Source: Arthrobacter sp.
GTDB taxonomy: Bacteria; Actinomycetota; Actinomycetes; Actinomycetales; Micrococcaceae
Direction of reading: 5' to 3'
NCBI GenBank assembly: GCA_036566705.1
Contig: DATCVX010000098.1
Coordinates: 1-54,964, forward strand
Length of the DNA: 54,964 nt
The translations under genes were made by a program, and so were the position numbers. Below are positions 38,942-48,580 of this stretch, in pieces. Numbering within the stretch: position 1 is the first letter of the stretch; each line of letters begins with the position of its first letter. Below the pieces are notes generated by a model, which was not told the DNA's origin, did not search any database, and saw only the letters and a program-made list of their open reading frames with translations.

Positions 38942-40426
38942 TTAGGGGTCGAGTCCCGCCGGTCCCGTGGGAAGGATGCGAGAGGGTGGCGAGGGCCCCT
39001 CGACGTGGACGGGCAGCTCGTCGTCCCCCCGAAGAATGGCACGGAGCAGCCGCCGCTCCTCCCACCTGGGCGACGTGAGCGCGTCGCCGCGCCGCAGTAC
39101 CAGACCCCCGTCCGGGGTGGCGTACCGCTTCTCCAGATCTTCCAGCTCCTCGGCTCGCAGCAACGCGACCGTGCTGCCCCCAGCCGAGTCGACCACGCGG
39201 ACCAGCGAGGAGGGTCCCGTCAGATCGGTCGCAACGACGCGCCGCTCGCTCTCGGCGAGGATTGTCTTCTGCGCTGCGCGTGTCACGACCAGGGGACGGG
39301 ACGGCCCGTCCAGCAGTCCGCTCAGCACGTCCGCTGCGGCGTCAGGGCGGCCCGTTCTCCGCGCCGCCGCCTGCATCCGCTGCAGGCGACCCGGCTCCCG
39401 CAGCACCTCGTCGATCTTCCAGCCGATCGTCGCGGGAGTGTTGCAGCGGACCGCCGCCCCCTGCTCCATCAGGTAGTCGCCGTTGCGAACCTCCTGCCCC
39501 GGGATGGAGTGCACAAGCACCATGGGCAGCCCTACAGCCATGCACTCCGACGCCGACAGCCCGCCCGGCTTGCCCACAAACAGGTCGGCGCGGCGCAGCA
39601 GCTGCGGCATCTCCGCCGTGAAGCCGAGCACGCGGTAGCGGTCGCCAGCGGGTGCCACCAGCTGCTCGATACGCTGCCGCAGCGCATTATTGCGTCCGCA
39701 CACAACCGTGGCCGTGAAGGGCGAGCGTATGTGCAGCGTCTGTCTCACGACCGAGACGGCATAGTCACCGCCAGTCGCGCCCGCCGAGATCAGCAGCATC
39801 GGGGGCTCGTTTGCATCGCGCGCAGGCGCTACGTTCAGCTGGGTGGCGATCGGGATGCCCGTGGCTGCGACGCGGTCTGGGGGCAACCCCAGCGCCATCA
39901 GTTCCACCCTCCCCTCCTCCCTGGCCAGGAAGAGCGCGTGGAACGCGCCCGTGAGCCATAGGCCCTGGAAGTCGTAGTCCGTCGTGACGACGGCGGTCCT
40001 CGCGTCAATCACGCCGCGAAGGAGCAGTGACGCCAGCAGTTGGGCTGGCAGGAAGTGCGTGCACACGATCGCGGTCGGCCGGAATCGCTTGATCGCACCG
40101 ATCACCGGAAGAGAGTTCATCCGCGTCCAGGGGTCTACCGGGCCCCGGCGCCGGAACGGACGGTCGTTGATGTCGTAGCCCCACTCGACCAGCCAGGGCA
40201 AGTCCTCGACCAGGACGAAGTATCCCTTGCCCAGCAGCGTGCGGTAGAGCACGCTGCTCACCTGAAGCACGTCCAGCACCTGCACCTCGTCGATGTCGGC
40301 GCGCGCGGCACACGCCTGCTGAACCGCCGCCGCGGCGCTGTTGTGCCCCGCTCCTACCCCTGCTGACAGGATAAGTACGCGCTCCCTCCCAGCGGCGTCG
40401 GGGCCTCGTGCCGACGTTCTGCGCAT
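38942..40426 (-). CDS. MGDG synthase-like glycosyltransferase (GT28, UgtP-like) with C-terminal extension
   Basis: 'SAGVGAGH', 'CTHF', 'TTDYD', 'TGIPI', 'KPGGLSASE', 'IPGQEVRN'; -10 TAGACT 6 nt before ATG. Confidence 0.88.
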   Translation of the reverse strand: MRRTSARGPDAAGRERVLILSAGVGAGHNSAAAAVQQACAARADIDEVQVLDVLQVSSVLYRTLLGKGYFVLVEDLPWLVEWGYDINDRPFRRRGPVDPWTRMNSLPVIGAIKRFRPTAIVCTHFLPAQLLASLLLRGVIDARTAVVTTDYDFQGLWLTGAFHALFLAREEGRVELMALGLPPDRVAATGIPIATQLNVAPARDANEPPMLLISAGATGGDYAVSVVRQTLHIRSPFTATVVCGRNNALRQRIEQLVAPAGDRYRVLGFTAEMPQLLRRADLFVGKPGGLSASECMAVGLPMVLVHSIPGQEVRNGDYLMEQGAAVRCNTPATIGWKIDEVLREPGRLQRMQAAARRTGRPDAAADVLSGLLDGPSRPLVVTRAAQKTILAESERRVVATDLTGPSSLVRVVDSAGGSTVALLRAEELEDLEKRYATPDGGLVLRRGDALTSPRWEERRLLRAILRGDDELPVHVEGPSPPSRILPTGPAGLDP

Positions 40427-40921
40427 GAAGTGAGTCTAGCGGGCCGTATCACTACCGCCTGACCCCAACTTGACCGATCAGCATGGGACTGGTTGAACCG
40501 CCCTGGGTTTGATGTGCGGACTTCGAGCGGGAAGTCGCTTATGACACTCGTGGGGAATTCAGCCAAATACTGGTCCGCACTCCATGCCTTGGTGCGGTGG
40601 GCAAGGCCACGGGCCAAGCAAGAGGCCGTACGGCTTCGGAGACAGAGGGAAGCAGCGATGGCCGGCAGCGAGGGTACCGACGAACATGGTCCTAGATTGG
40701 ACAATGGGACTGCCCTCGACCGGGTCCCGGTCGAGGGGGCATTCCCCCGACTATCTTGATGTTCGTCCTTCCGAGCTGGTTGAGCCGGGAGTCTTCCTAG
40801 AGCTGGCCGTCTTAAGTTGGGATGCGTCCGCACGTCTGGGACTGACTTCCGGGGCATTTCTTGGCTCCAAGTGTTCGGGATCCACGTGTTTTGCATATCG
40901 CATTTTGTGGAACGGACAGAC

Positions 40922-41518
40922 TTAGTCGGGTATCAGGACTGTAATCTGGCGTCGGATCTCTTCGACTAGCGCCGGTGGATCTAGAGCGAGATTCCTGGCG
41001 GCGGCGAGCGTGACGAACATGACCGACGAGATGTTCTCGGCAAGCGTAGCGGGATCGGCGATCCTATCGCTTCGTCGCAGCACGGTGGCGATCGCATCTT
41101 CCATGACGGCAACGACACTGAGGGCCTCGGCATGGTGGGGCTCGTTGGCATCTCCGAAAAGCATTTCACGGAGGTAACTGCGGCCGTTGTCGATCCGCTC
41201 GCGGTTGAAGGCCACTACGGGTCGGACAATGGCCAGGACGCCATCCAATATTCCGGTGACACCCTCTGACGCCGCCCTGCCCTCCTCCACTGCGGTCCGG
41301 AAACGGGCGGTCTGCACCAAAAGCAGCAGCTCGCCCTTGTTCCTGGCGTAGAGGAAGAGCGTGCCTGAGCCGATACCGGCTTCGGCGGCTACCTGGTGGG
41401 TGGTGACCTCGTTCAGGCCGTGGGCATCAAACAACCTACTGGCCGCGGCCATGATCCGGTCCAGTTTTTGCTGCTTGTTCCGCTCGCGCCGACCGACCGG
41501 CTGGGGTGCCTCGGGCAT
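40922..41518 (-). CDS. TetR/AcrR family transcriptional regulator
   Basis: 'GRRERNK', HTH 'TTHQVAAEAGIGSGTLFLY..NKGELL'; -10 TAGAAT 7 nt before ATG 41518. Confidence 0.92.
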   Translation of the reverse strand: MPEAPQPVGRRERNKQQKLDRIMAAASRLFDAHGLNEVTTHQVAAEAGIGSGTLFLYARNKGELLLLVQTARFRTAVEEGRAASEGVTGILDGVLAIVRPVVAFNRERIDNGRSYLREMLFGDANEPHHAEALSVVAVMEDAIATVLRRSDRIADPATLAENISSVMFVTLAAARNLALDPPALVEEIRRQITVLIPD

Positions 41519-41541
41519 GGTTGCCATTCTACTGCAGAACA

Positions 41542-41591
41542 TGACCATGGTCAGTTATCGGAATAAAACCTGACCATGGTCAGTTATCGGA
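41542..41591. promoter_or_regulatory. Probable TetR operator: exact 21-bp direct repeat TGACCATGGTCAGTTATCGGA (41542-41562, 41571-41591), each with palindrome TGACCATGGTCA
   Basis: Read directly; lies between divergent tetR and OYE genes. Confidence 0.8.
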
Positions 41592-41685
41592 TGACAGCGC
41601 CACCGTAGCGATCCCGCAAACACCCTGCGGGCCATTCGCTCCGAAAGCCGTGGTGTCAGCCATTCAACCCAAAGGACACTCCCCC

Positions 41686-42765
41686 ATGACCACTTCATCA
41701 GCACTCTGGCAACCGTTCACCCTCGGCCGGGTAGAGCTTCCCCACCGCCTGGCGATGGCACCCATGACACGCAACCGCGCCAACGCAGACGGCACACCGG
41801 GCGATCTGGCCGCCGAGTACTACGGACAGCGCGCGTCCCTGGGACTGATCATCACCGAAGGCACCCAACCTTCCGAAGACGGCCAGGGCTGGTTCCACAC
41901 ACCAGGCATCTACACACCCGAACAGGTGGAGGGATGGCGCGGAGTTGCCGATGCCGTCCACGCCGGCGGCGGAACGCTCTTCATACAACTCATGCACGCC
42001 GGCCGGATGGCCCATCCCGACAACACTCCCCATCACCGCCAGCCCGTAGCGCCGTCCGCCATCAATGCCGACCAGGACATGCCCACAGCCACCGGCAAGC
42101 AGAAGACCCCGACTCCGCGGGAATTGAGCACCGAGGAAGCCCAAGGGATTATTGCCGAGTTCCGCCACGCCGCAGCTTCGGCGATCGCCGCCGGAGCCGA
42201 CGGCGTCGAACTGCACGCCGCCAACGGTTACCTGCTGCACCAGTTCCTCGCCCCGAACTCTAACCAGCGCAGCGACCAGTACGGCGGATCCGTCGAAAAC
42301 CGGTCCCGGTTCGTCGTCGAGGTGGCCCGCGCAGTTGCCGACGAAATCGGCGCCGACCGGACCGGCATCCGGATCTCCCCCAGCTTCCCCCTGGGAGGCC
42401 TCGAAGAGGGCGACACCGACACGGTCCGCACACAATACCTCCACCTCGTGGGCGAACTCGCGCCCTTGAACCTGGCGTACCTGCACGTGTTCCACGCCGG
42501 GGATGATGAGATGCTCCGCTCCATCCGCGCCGCGTGGCCCACAGCCATCCTGGTCCTCAAATACGGACGCACACGGGAGCAACTCGCCGACTACATCGAA
42601 GCCGGACTGGCAGACATCGCCCCGGTAGGACAGCTGGCACTGGCCAACCCCGACCTCGTGGACAGGCTGCGCTACGACGCTCCACTGAACGAAGCAGACC
42701 CCACCACGTTCTACGGCGGAGACGCCACCGGCTACACCGACTACCCGGTAGCAGAACTCGTCTAA
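41686..42765 (+). CDS. Old yellow enzyme family alkene reductase (NemA-like)
   Basis: 'MAPMTRNRA', 'QLMHAGR', 'ELHAANGYLLHQF', 'YGGSVENR', 'TFYGG..GYTDYP'; SD AAAGGA. Confidence 0.93.
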   Translation: MTTSSALWQPFTLGRVELPHRLAMAPMTRNRANADGTPGDLAAEYYGQRASLGLIITEGTQPSEDGQGWFHTPGIYTPEQVEGWRGVADAVHAGGGTLFIQLMHAGRMAHPDNTPHHRQPVAPSAINADQDMPTATGKQKTPTPRELSTEEAQGIIAEFRHAAASAIAAGADGVELHAANGYLLHQFLAPNSNQRSDQYGGSVENRSRFVVEVARAVADEIGADRTGIRISPSFPLGGLEEGDTDTVRTQYLHLVGELAPLNLAYLHVFHAGDDEMLRSIRAAWPTAILVLKYGRTREQLADYIEAGLADIAPVGQLALANPDLVDRLRYDAPLNEADPTTFYGGDATGYTDYPVAELV

Positions 42766-42774
42766 CCCCTTAGC

Positions 42775-42940
42775 AAAGCCCTGTAGTGCTTTGTCGCGTT
42801 TTTTCCAGATCTCTTCCCACGATCCGTCATTAACCTCGGGAGGGTGAGAAGAGGTGCGATGCCCGAGTGTTAGTGCGTGCTGTAGTACCAGGGCACGTAG
42901 CCGGCAAGGTAAGTCTTGGCGGTCTCCAGCTTGAACCGTC
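42775..42940 (-). mobile_element. Degenerate IS3-family-like transposase C-terminal fragment
   Basis: Across stops and a frameshift it reads RFKLETAKTYLAGYVPWYYSTH*HSGIA / PPEVNDGSWEEIWKKRDKALQ, like the 'WYN..H.HSGI..P.EVH.G.W' end of actinobacterial IS3 integrase cores. Confidence 0.55.
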
Positions 42941-43212
42941 ACGGGTTTGATGCCGCTATCTTCGCGAGGGAGCTCGACCCTCGCCGCTTAACCGATGCTG
43001 TGGCGGCTGCGAACAACTGCTGATGCACTGCATCTGGGAAGGCAAGCAGGATTTCTGCCTGCCTTCCCAGATCGGTCAGAGGCTTGACCGGTTTCGGGCT
43101 TCTCATTGTGGACTGACGCCTGCGTGCGAGCCTTTTGGATGCCGATCTTTCGCGGTAACCGGGGTCCTGTTCGGCACCGCCAGACCCCGGCCGCGAATCC
43201 AACAGGACTTAA

Positions 43213-43363
43213 CTGGACAGCAGCCCTCGACGATGCCTGGATGCCCGCCCAGTCCTACCGCACCATCCGAGAACCCATGAAGCAGCTCACCATGTCCGAA
43301 ACACCCAACGAACTCGCCGCCCTGAACGTCTTCATCCGCGAACGCAGCCTGGCCACCGCATGA
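43213..43363 (+). pseudogene. C-terminal remnant of the probable partner (antitoxin-like) gene of the DUF6036 gene
   Basis: '...ETPNELAALNVFIRERSLATA*' with an ATGA overlap into the next gene; no credible N-terminus. Confidence 0.5.
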
Positions 43364-43804
43364 CCGGCGGAGAACTCAACGCCACACAAATCCGGGCCCT
43401 CCTGCACGAACCCGGCAGGCGCCTGCAAGCCGCCGGCGCCCACGGCGACATCAAACTCGTCGGCGCTGCCGCCCTCATCCTCCAGGGCATCGGCAACCGG
43501 CCCACCGCAGACATCGACCCCAGCTACGCAGACCCAGACACCATCCACGCCGTCGTCGCCGACATGGCCACAGACTACGACCTCGCCCCCGACTGGCTCA
43601 ACACCAACGCCGCAGCCTTCGTCCCCGACAACGCCACCTGGATCCCCCTGGAACAGCTCGACGGACTCACCATCCAGGCCGCAGGCACCGAAACACTCCT
43701 GGCCATGAAACTCGACGCCGAACGCGACAAAAGACACCCTCGACATCGCCCGGCTCCTGCGCCAATTCCGATCGCTGCAGAACACAAACAAAAATATTGG
43801 ATGA
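43360..43804 (+). pseudogene. DUF6036-like nucleotidyltransferase, frameshifted
   Basis: 'LVGAAAL...RPTADID...DWLN...LLAMKL'; removing one A from the run at 43729-43732 restores ERDKDTLDIARLLRQ. Confidence 0.7.
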
Positions 43805-43843
43805 CGATCGAGAACTCCGGACCCCCAGTTCCGCACTAAAAGA

Positions 43844-43939
43844 ATCCTTGACAGGGCTTCCCTGCAGCCCTATGTTTATTGCAACCGATCTCAGCAACCG
43901 ATCTCACTGCTCGTCAATGCAACCGATCTCAAAGGAGAG
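43844..43939 (+). promoter_or_regulatory. Sigma70/HrdB-type promoter (TTGACA 43848-43853, 17 bp, TATGTT 43871-43876) with three LacI-type operators (43880-43893, 43893-43906, 43918-43931) and SD
   Basis: Read directly; operator WGCAACCGATCTCA has the TG...CG...CA LacI-like symmetry; duplicated at 51189-51287. Confidence 0.85.
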
Positions 43940-43944
43940 ACTCG

Positions 43945-44055
43945 ATGATCAACTGGCTCATCCCCGGACCTTCGGTTACCCCACATTCAGCAGGCGTCGT
44001 TTTGAGTACGGCATGCTCCCGCATCAGCAAACCAGCACACAGGAGAGATTCATGA
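43945..44055 (+). CDS. Putative 36-aa leader micro-ORF MINWLIPGPSVTPHSAGVVLSTACSRISKPAHRRDS
   Basis: SD AAGGAG; TGA overlaps the SBP ATG (ATGA); N-terminus resembles the 51132-51182 peptide. Confidence 0.5.
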   Translation: MINWLIPGPSVTPHSAGVVLSTACSRISKPAHRRDS

Positions 44056-45308
44056 TCAAGAAGCGATGGGGCTTGGCACTCGTCACAGCAGTCGTAGCTA
44101 GCTTTGCCCTCAGTGGCTGCTCCCCCTCAACTCCGGAAGCTGGGGGGCCGGTGACGCTCAATTACTGGGACTTCCTCGATCCCAGCCAGGCTAATCCGCG
44201 CTCAAAGGCCCTGAAGGAAAACATTGCCAATTTCGAGGCGGCAAACCCCGACATTAAGATCAATCTCTCAGTGGTTTCACTGGGAGATATGTTGAACAGG
44301 CTGCCGCAGTCAGCAGCGGCCGGTCAGACGCCGGATGTATTTAAGATGTTCACCCCGCTCGTCCCCCAAATGGCCGGCGCCGGCGTCTACTCGCCGCTGC
44401 CTGATGCTGCGTCCAAGGTCACTGACTGGCTTCGCCCCACCGACACTCTCGCTGGACCTGACGGCAAGCAGGTCGCCGTGCCCTACGAATACCGGACCTG
44501 CGCCCTTTACTACAACCAAAAGATTCTTTCTCAGATCGGCGCAACGGCTCCCACCACCTACGATGAGGTTGTCGACGTTGCGCGAAAAGCGGCCGCCGCT
44601 GGATTCACCGGCTTCGGAACCGGGTTCTCGGACACCGATAACTCAGCCATCATCAGCACCTTCTTTAACTGCTTCATGACGCAGGTCGACCAGAAAATAT
44701 GGACTGGGGACGGACAGGCAGATTTTTCGACCAAGAAGAGCGAGGAGTTTGGCAACTTCCTTACCAAGCTCCGGGACGCAAAGGCTCTGGGCAGCAATGT
44801 CGTTTCCGATACGTACGGCACCGTAGCAGACGGCATGGCCAGCGGCACTGTCGCAATGGCAGTCCTCGGCACGGAACGAGCCGTTTCCTTCGGCTCGCAG
44901 AACCCGGACCTCAAGTGGACCTCCCTGCCAAAGGCATCTACTGGCGACACTACGGGCACCACCATCGGGTGGACCCTGGGAATAGGCTCGGGAAGCAAGC
45001 ACACTGAGGCGGCCTGGAAGTTCATCGAGTACATGACCGGTCCCGAAGCAGGCGCAAAGATGGCCACCGGCGGTGAGGTCCCCACACGCGCCGCCACGTA
45101 TGAGCAGCCATTCTTCTCCACGCCCGAAGCGAAAACGGTGAACGACATCGCCGCCTACGTCAAGAGCAACAGCGAACCCCGCACATATTCCAATAACTGG
45201 ACCTCGCTGGCCACCGGGCTCTCCCAAGCCGGACAGAAACTGACCCTCAACGGTACATCGGGCAGCGAATTTATCCGTTCCGCACAGGATGCGGCCAACA
45301 AGAAATAG
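44052..45308 (+). CDS. Sugar ABC transporter substrate-binding lipoprotein (CUT1)
   Basis: Lipobox LSGC, 'FEAANPDIKI', 'ALYYNQK', 'EAAWKFIEY'; start set at ATG 44052. Confidence 0.92.
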   Translation: MIKKRWGLALVTAVVASFALSGCSPSTPEAGGPVTLNYWDFLDPSQANPRSKALKENIANFEAANPDIKINLSVVSLGDMLNRLPQSAAAGQTPDVFKMFTPLVPQMAGAGVYSPLPDAASKVTDWLRPTDTLAGPDGKQVAVPYEYRTCALYYNQKILSQIGATAPTTYDEVVDVARKAAAAGFTGFGTGFSDTDNSAIISTFFNCFMTQVDQKIWTGDGQADFSTKKSEEFGNFLTKLRDAKALGSNVVSDTYGTVADGMASGTVAMAVLGTERAVSFGSQNPDLKWTSLPKASTGDTTGTTIGWTLGIGSGSKHTEAAWKFIEYMTGPEAGAKMATGGEVPTRAATYEQPFFSTPEAKTVNDIAAYVKSNSEPRTYSNNWTSLATGLSQAGQKLTLNGTSGSEFIRSAQDAANKK

Positions 45309-45317
45309 CCCCTAACG

Positions 45318-45353
45318 TCCGAGGGGAGCCTGAAAAATCAGGTTCCCCTCGGA
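45318..45353 (+). terminator. Intercistronic stem-loop after the SBP gene
   Basis: TCCGAGGGGAGCCTGA-AAAA-TCAGGTTCCCCTCGGA; no U-tail, so more likely an mRNA-stabilising hairpin. Confidence 0.65.
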
Positions 45354-45364
45354 AGGGAGAGATA

Positions 45365-46297
45365 ATGTCAACAAACAGCCCGACCCGCACTTCATCTCAG
45401 ACGGCCACTCCACCCACAGGCATCCAGGCTCTCCGCCGGGCTCGTAAGGACCGCATGGTCTGGTTGTACGTCGTCCCCGTCAGTGCCGTGTTCCTCTTTG
45501 TCTTTGTTGGACCGCTCATCTACACGGCATGGACAGCCCTTCACGAGACTTCGTATTATCAGATCGGCAAATTCTCCGGTCTGAACTCTTTTACCAAGCT
45601 GTTCTCAGACTCCGATCTGCCCGCCCGCATCTGGACAACTCTTGTATTTTCGCTCGGGGCGCTGGTCATTGCATTGCCCGCGGGACTCTTGTCTGCGATT
45701 GTGCTGAACAACCTGCATCGATTCAAGCGTTCCGTCCGCAGCCTCTTCCTGTTGCCGTGGCTAATGTCCCAGGCCACAGCGGGAACAATCTGGCTGTGGT
45801 TTCTCAACCCCAATTACGGGCCGGCCTCAGCTATCACTAAATCCCTTGGGTTCGGTCCTACTGATGTCTTCTCGTCCCCGAATAGTGCGCTCGTTGCCGT
45901 GACTCTGATGACGGCTTGGTGGTCCTACCCGCAAGCCATGCTTCTCTTTCTCGGCGCCCTTCAAACCATTCCAGGGGAGTTGTACGAAAGCCTCAAAGTG
46001 GACGGCGGCGGCATTCGGCACGCATTTGTCAACATCACGTTGCCTCACCTGCGCAACACGATCGTCTCCGTGGTGATCGTGCTACTCATGCTCTATGTAC
46101 AGATGGTCACTATTATCCTGGTGACGACACGAGGCGGTCCCATCGGATCGACCGAGACGCTGTCAATGCGGGTATACAACCAGATGTTCGACAAGTTCGA
46201 TCTCTCCGGGGCGTCAGCAACGGCTATCCTCCTTTTCGCCGTAAACATTGTCCTCACTCTTGTCGCGATTCGCTTCCGACGGAAGGAAAGCCTGTGA
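45365..46297 (+). CDS. Carbohydrate ABC transporter permease
   Basis: 'LQTIPGELYESLKVDGG...ITLPHL', 'TRGGP..STETL'. Confidence 0.93.
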   Translation: MSTNSPTRTSSQTATPPTGIQALRRARKDRMVWLYVVPVSAVFLFVFVGPLIYTAWTALHETSYYQIGKFSGLNSFTKLFSDSDLPARIWTTLVFSLGALVIALPAGLLSAIVLNNLHRFKRSVRSLFLLPWLMSQATAGTIWLWFLNPNYGPASAITKSLGFGPTDVFSSPNSALVAVTLMTAWWSYPQAMLLFLGALQTIPGELYESLKVDGGGIRHAFVNITLPHLRNTIVSVVIVLLMLYVQMVTIILVTTRGGPIGSTETLSMRVYNQMFDKFDLSGASATAILLFAVNIVLTLVAIRFRRKESL

Positions 46298-47154
46298 GCA
46301 CCACAACTTCACGTCGCCAAGGCCGCGTCGGCGCGGTCCTTCGGGCGGTTCCGGCCTGGGCGTACGTCACCCTCTCAGCTGCGATCGTCCTACCGCCTGT
46401 CGCATGGATCGTCTCCACCTCGCTGAAAACGGCCTCGGATACCCTTGAGTTCCCGCCGAGATGGATTCCGGACCCGATCTCATTCGAGGGCTACGCGGGC
46501 CTGCTGACTTCAACGAACATCCGGTTTTTTGTTAACTCCCTCATCTACGCTGGCGGTTCTATTGCCCTCGCGTTGGCGATTTCCATTCCTGCAGCATATG
46601 TTGCCACCAGGTACCGAAGCCGCCGCATGGAAACTCTGATGACCGGGATCCTGGTGCTATCGATGGTTCCGGCAATCGTGGTCTTTATCGCGCTGTACTC
46701 CATGTTCGTCAAAACCGCCTTAATCAACACGTACCCGATGCTGATCGTCGTCTACACGGCCATCATTTGTGGACAGACCATCCTGTTTCTTCGCAACTTC
46801 ATCGAGAACATACCCGTCGAGATTGAGGAAGCGGCCGCAATCGATGGCTGCTCCCGGATACAGATCTTGTGGCGAATCATCCTCCCACTCATCCGTCCCG
46901 GTATCGCTGCTGTAGCTATCTTCATCTTCGTATTCGTTTGGAACGACTTCCTTGTAGGCACCGTCCTCGCCACCACAGAAGACATGAAGACCGTCCAGAA
47001 CGGCATCGTGCGCTATATAACCACTGGCTTCGGTAGCTTCTGGGGACTCTTCGCCGCATTCATCGTCGTTGCCTTCATCCCCGTTCTCTCAATCTTCCTG
47101 GCCTTCCAGCGTTGGTTTGTTGCCGGCATGACGTCCGGAGGGGTCAAGGGATAA
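46294..47154 (+). CDS. Carbohydrate ABC transporter permease
   Basis: EAA loop 'IPVEIEEAAAIDGCS', 'WNDF', 'QRWFVAGMTSGGVKG'; GTG start overlaps the upstream TGA. Confidence 0.93.
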   Translation: MSTTTSRRQGRVGAVLRAVPAWAYVTLSAAIVLPPVAWIVSTSLKTASDTLEFPPRWIPDPISFEGYAGLLTSTNIRFFVNSLIYAGGSIALALAISIPAAYVATRYRSRRMETLMTGILVLSMVPAIVVFIALYSMFVKTALINTYPMLIVVYTAIICGQTILFLRNFIENIPVEIEEAAAIDGCSRIQILWRIILPLIRPGIAAVAIFIFVFVWNDFLVGTVLATTEDMKTVQNGIVRYITTGFGSFWGLFAAFIVVAFIPVLSIFLAFQRWFVAGMTSGGVKG

Positions 47155-47190
47155 CTACAGCAAGAGTTCTGCCACCCAGGCCCAGCCTAG

Positions 47191-47239
47191 AAAAGCACGC
47201 CACATGGCCGCTTCCAAGCGGTCATGTGGCGTGCCCTTT
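47191..47239 (+). terminator. Probable intrinsic terminator of the ABC operon
   Basis: 19-bp stem GCACGCCACATGGCCGCTT/AAGCGGTCATGTGGCGTGC with one G-U pair, AAAA before and CCTTT after. Confidence 0.75.
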
Positions 47240-48580
47240 CGCGACCAACTCACCGGAACTGCAATCCCTAAACCCTGACAAGCCCCTCAGCCCGCGTCAT
47301 AATTACCCGCGGGGGCTGAATGCCCTCGTTCAACACCAACACCAGCGAAGGAGCCTGACCAATGCACCGCCCGAACGCCCTGCCCACCGGCCAGTGGCCA
47401 ATCTTCCCCTCGATGAAGACGGCAAGCTCGCCTCGGGGCGGGGCTACGACGGCCCTTAATCGCCGTCTCCGGAGACAGTCTTGAGACCTGGCGCTGACAA
47501 CGAGCTCGAATTCCGCCACGAAGCCAGCGTCTACTCCCGCTCTTTGGGGACGGCGAACATCTGGTGAGGCCTGCCGCGACGAAAATGAATGCTGTTGAAG
47601 CTTCCACCGGCATGTTTTTGCGGAAACAAGGGGTGCCTCGTTGCCTTGAGTGGCGGACCGGCAATTGCAAAGTCCCTTAGTCGTTGAACTGCCTGGTAAC
47701 GGCAATCTCGCGGCCATAGGCGCTCTCCGCCTGGCAGGCCTGACCATCGTTTGTTCACTGTGGGTCGGCTTGGTCGGCGCTGGGCTCGTGGCCACCGCAT
47801 TCGCCCTTGAGCGTGAGAATCTGGGTGGGCTGCTGCCAAGCGAAACAAAAAAGCAGTTCAAAGAGGTCCTGGACCTTGAGGCAGGCATCCACTCGAGCTA
47901 TGAACCCTGTTCGGCCGTTTCGGCAGGCGGTGGTGCCGCAGGCCGAATAGAGGAGCCCCAGGGATGCAAGGGGTAGCCACATCTTGCGCGACGCCTGGCA
48001 GCGCCCCCTAGACCGCTCCCGCATGTGTCGCAGCGACCTCGCGACGCGGCGTCGGGGAGATCCCGTCACCTTCGAAGCGCTGAATCATGAACCAAACAGT
48101 CGATATGAGGAACACAGGCCCAGCCTATTGCTCGCCCACCACACGCGGCTCCCGAACAGCGACCAGTACCTCGCCCTCTTAAACCGTGCTCACCGTTTAA
48201 GAGGGCGAGGAGCAGACTGCAGTCCGCGTCCGTGTACCCCTTTGCGAAAGGACAGGCTTTGAGGCATCTTGCCGCGCCAGCCCCTGATGGTCGGCCGCTC
48301 TTGGGGGGTGGCACGCACGTGGGACGCATTCTGTCCTCACACGAGCCAAACCATCAGGTGGCGCAGCAAGTCCGGGCCACGGACTTGCCAATACATCGGC
48401 CTTCTCGGCAAAGGTGTCATTGCTATCGAAAAGACTCAAGGCTCGGTTGATGAGTGGCGGACCCTTTCGGCCTGAATCGCAAAGCCGCGCTCCTCGTTCC
48501 ATGCGCTGTTTCCCCTGGTTTGCCCAGTCTGGTCACCTGGCGCTAGGCACTCCGAGCATCTTTTCCCGGGTGCGGATAGC

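Noticed and set aside
40493-40759. 88-aa ORF between GT28 and tetR
   Set aside because: No SD, no motif and atypical codon usage; cannot be supported.
43880-43931. GCAACCGATCTCA repeats as a CRISPR array or iterons
   Set aside because: Only three 13-bp copies per locus, no spacers, no cas or rep gene; their position fits operators.
43797-44051. Long N-terminal extensions in the ORF track (SBP, devR, devS, hsp20, ppsA, GH65, cyclase-fold protein, second permease)
   Set aside because: They run through promoters, operators or neighbouring genes; downstream starts have SD, -10 or overlap support.
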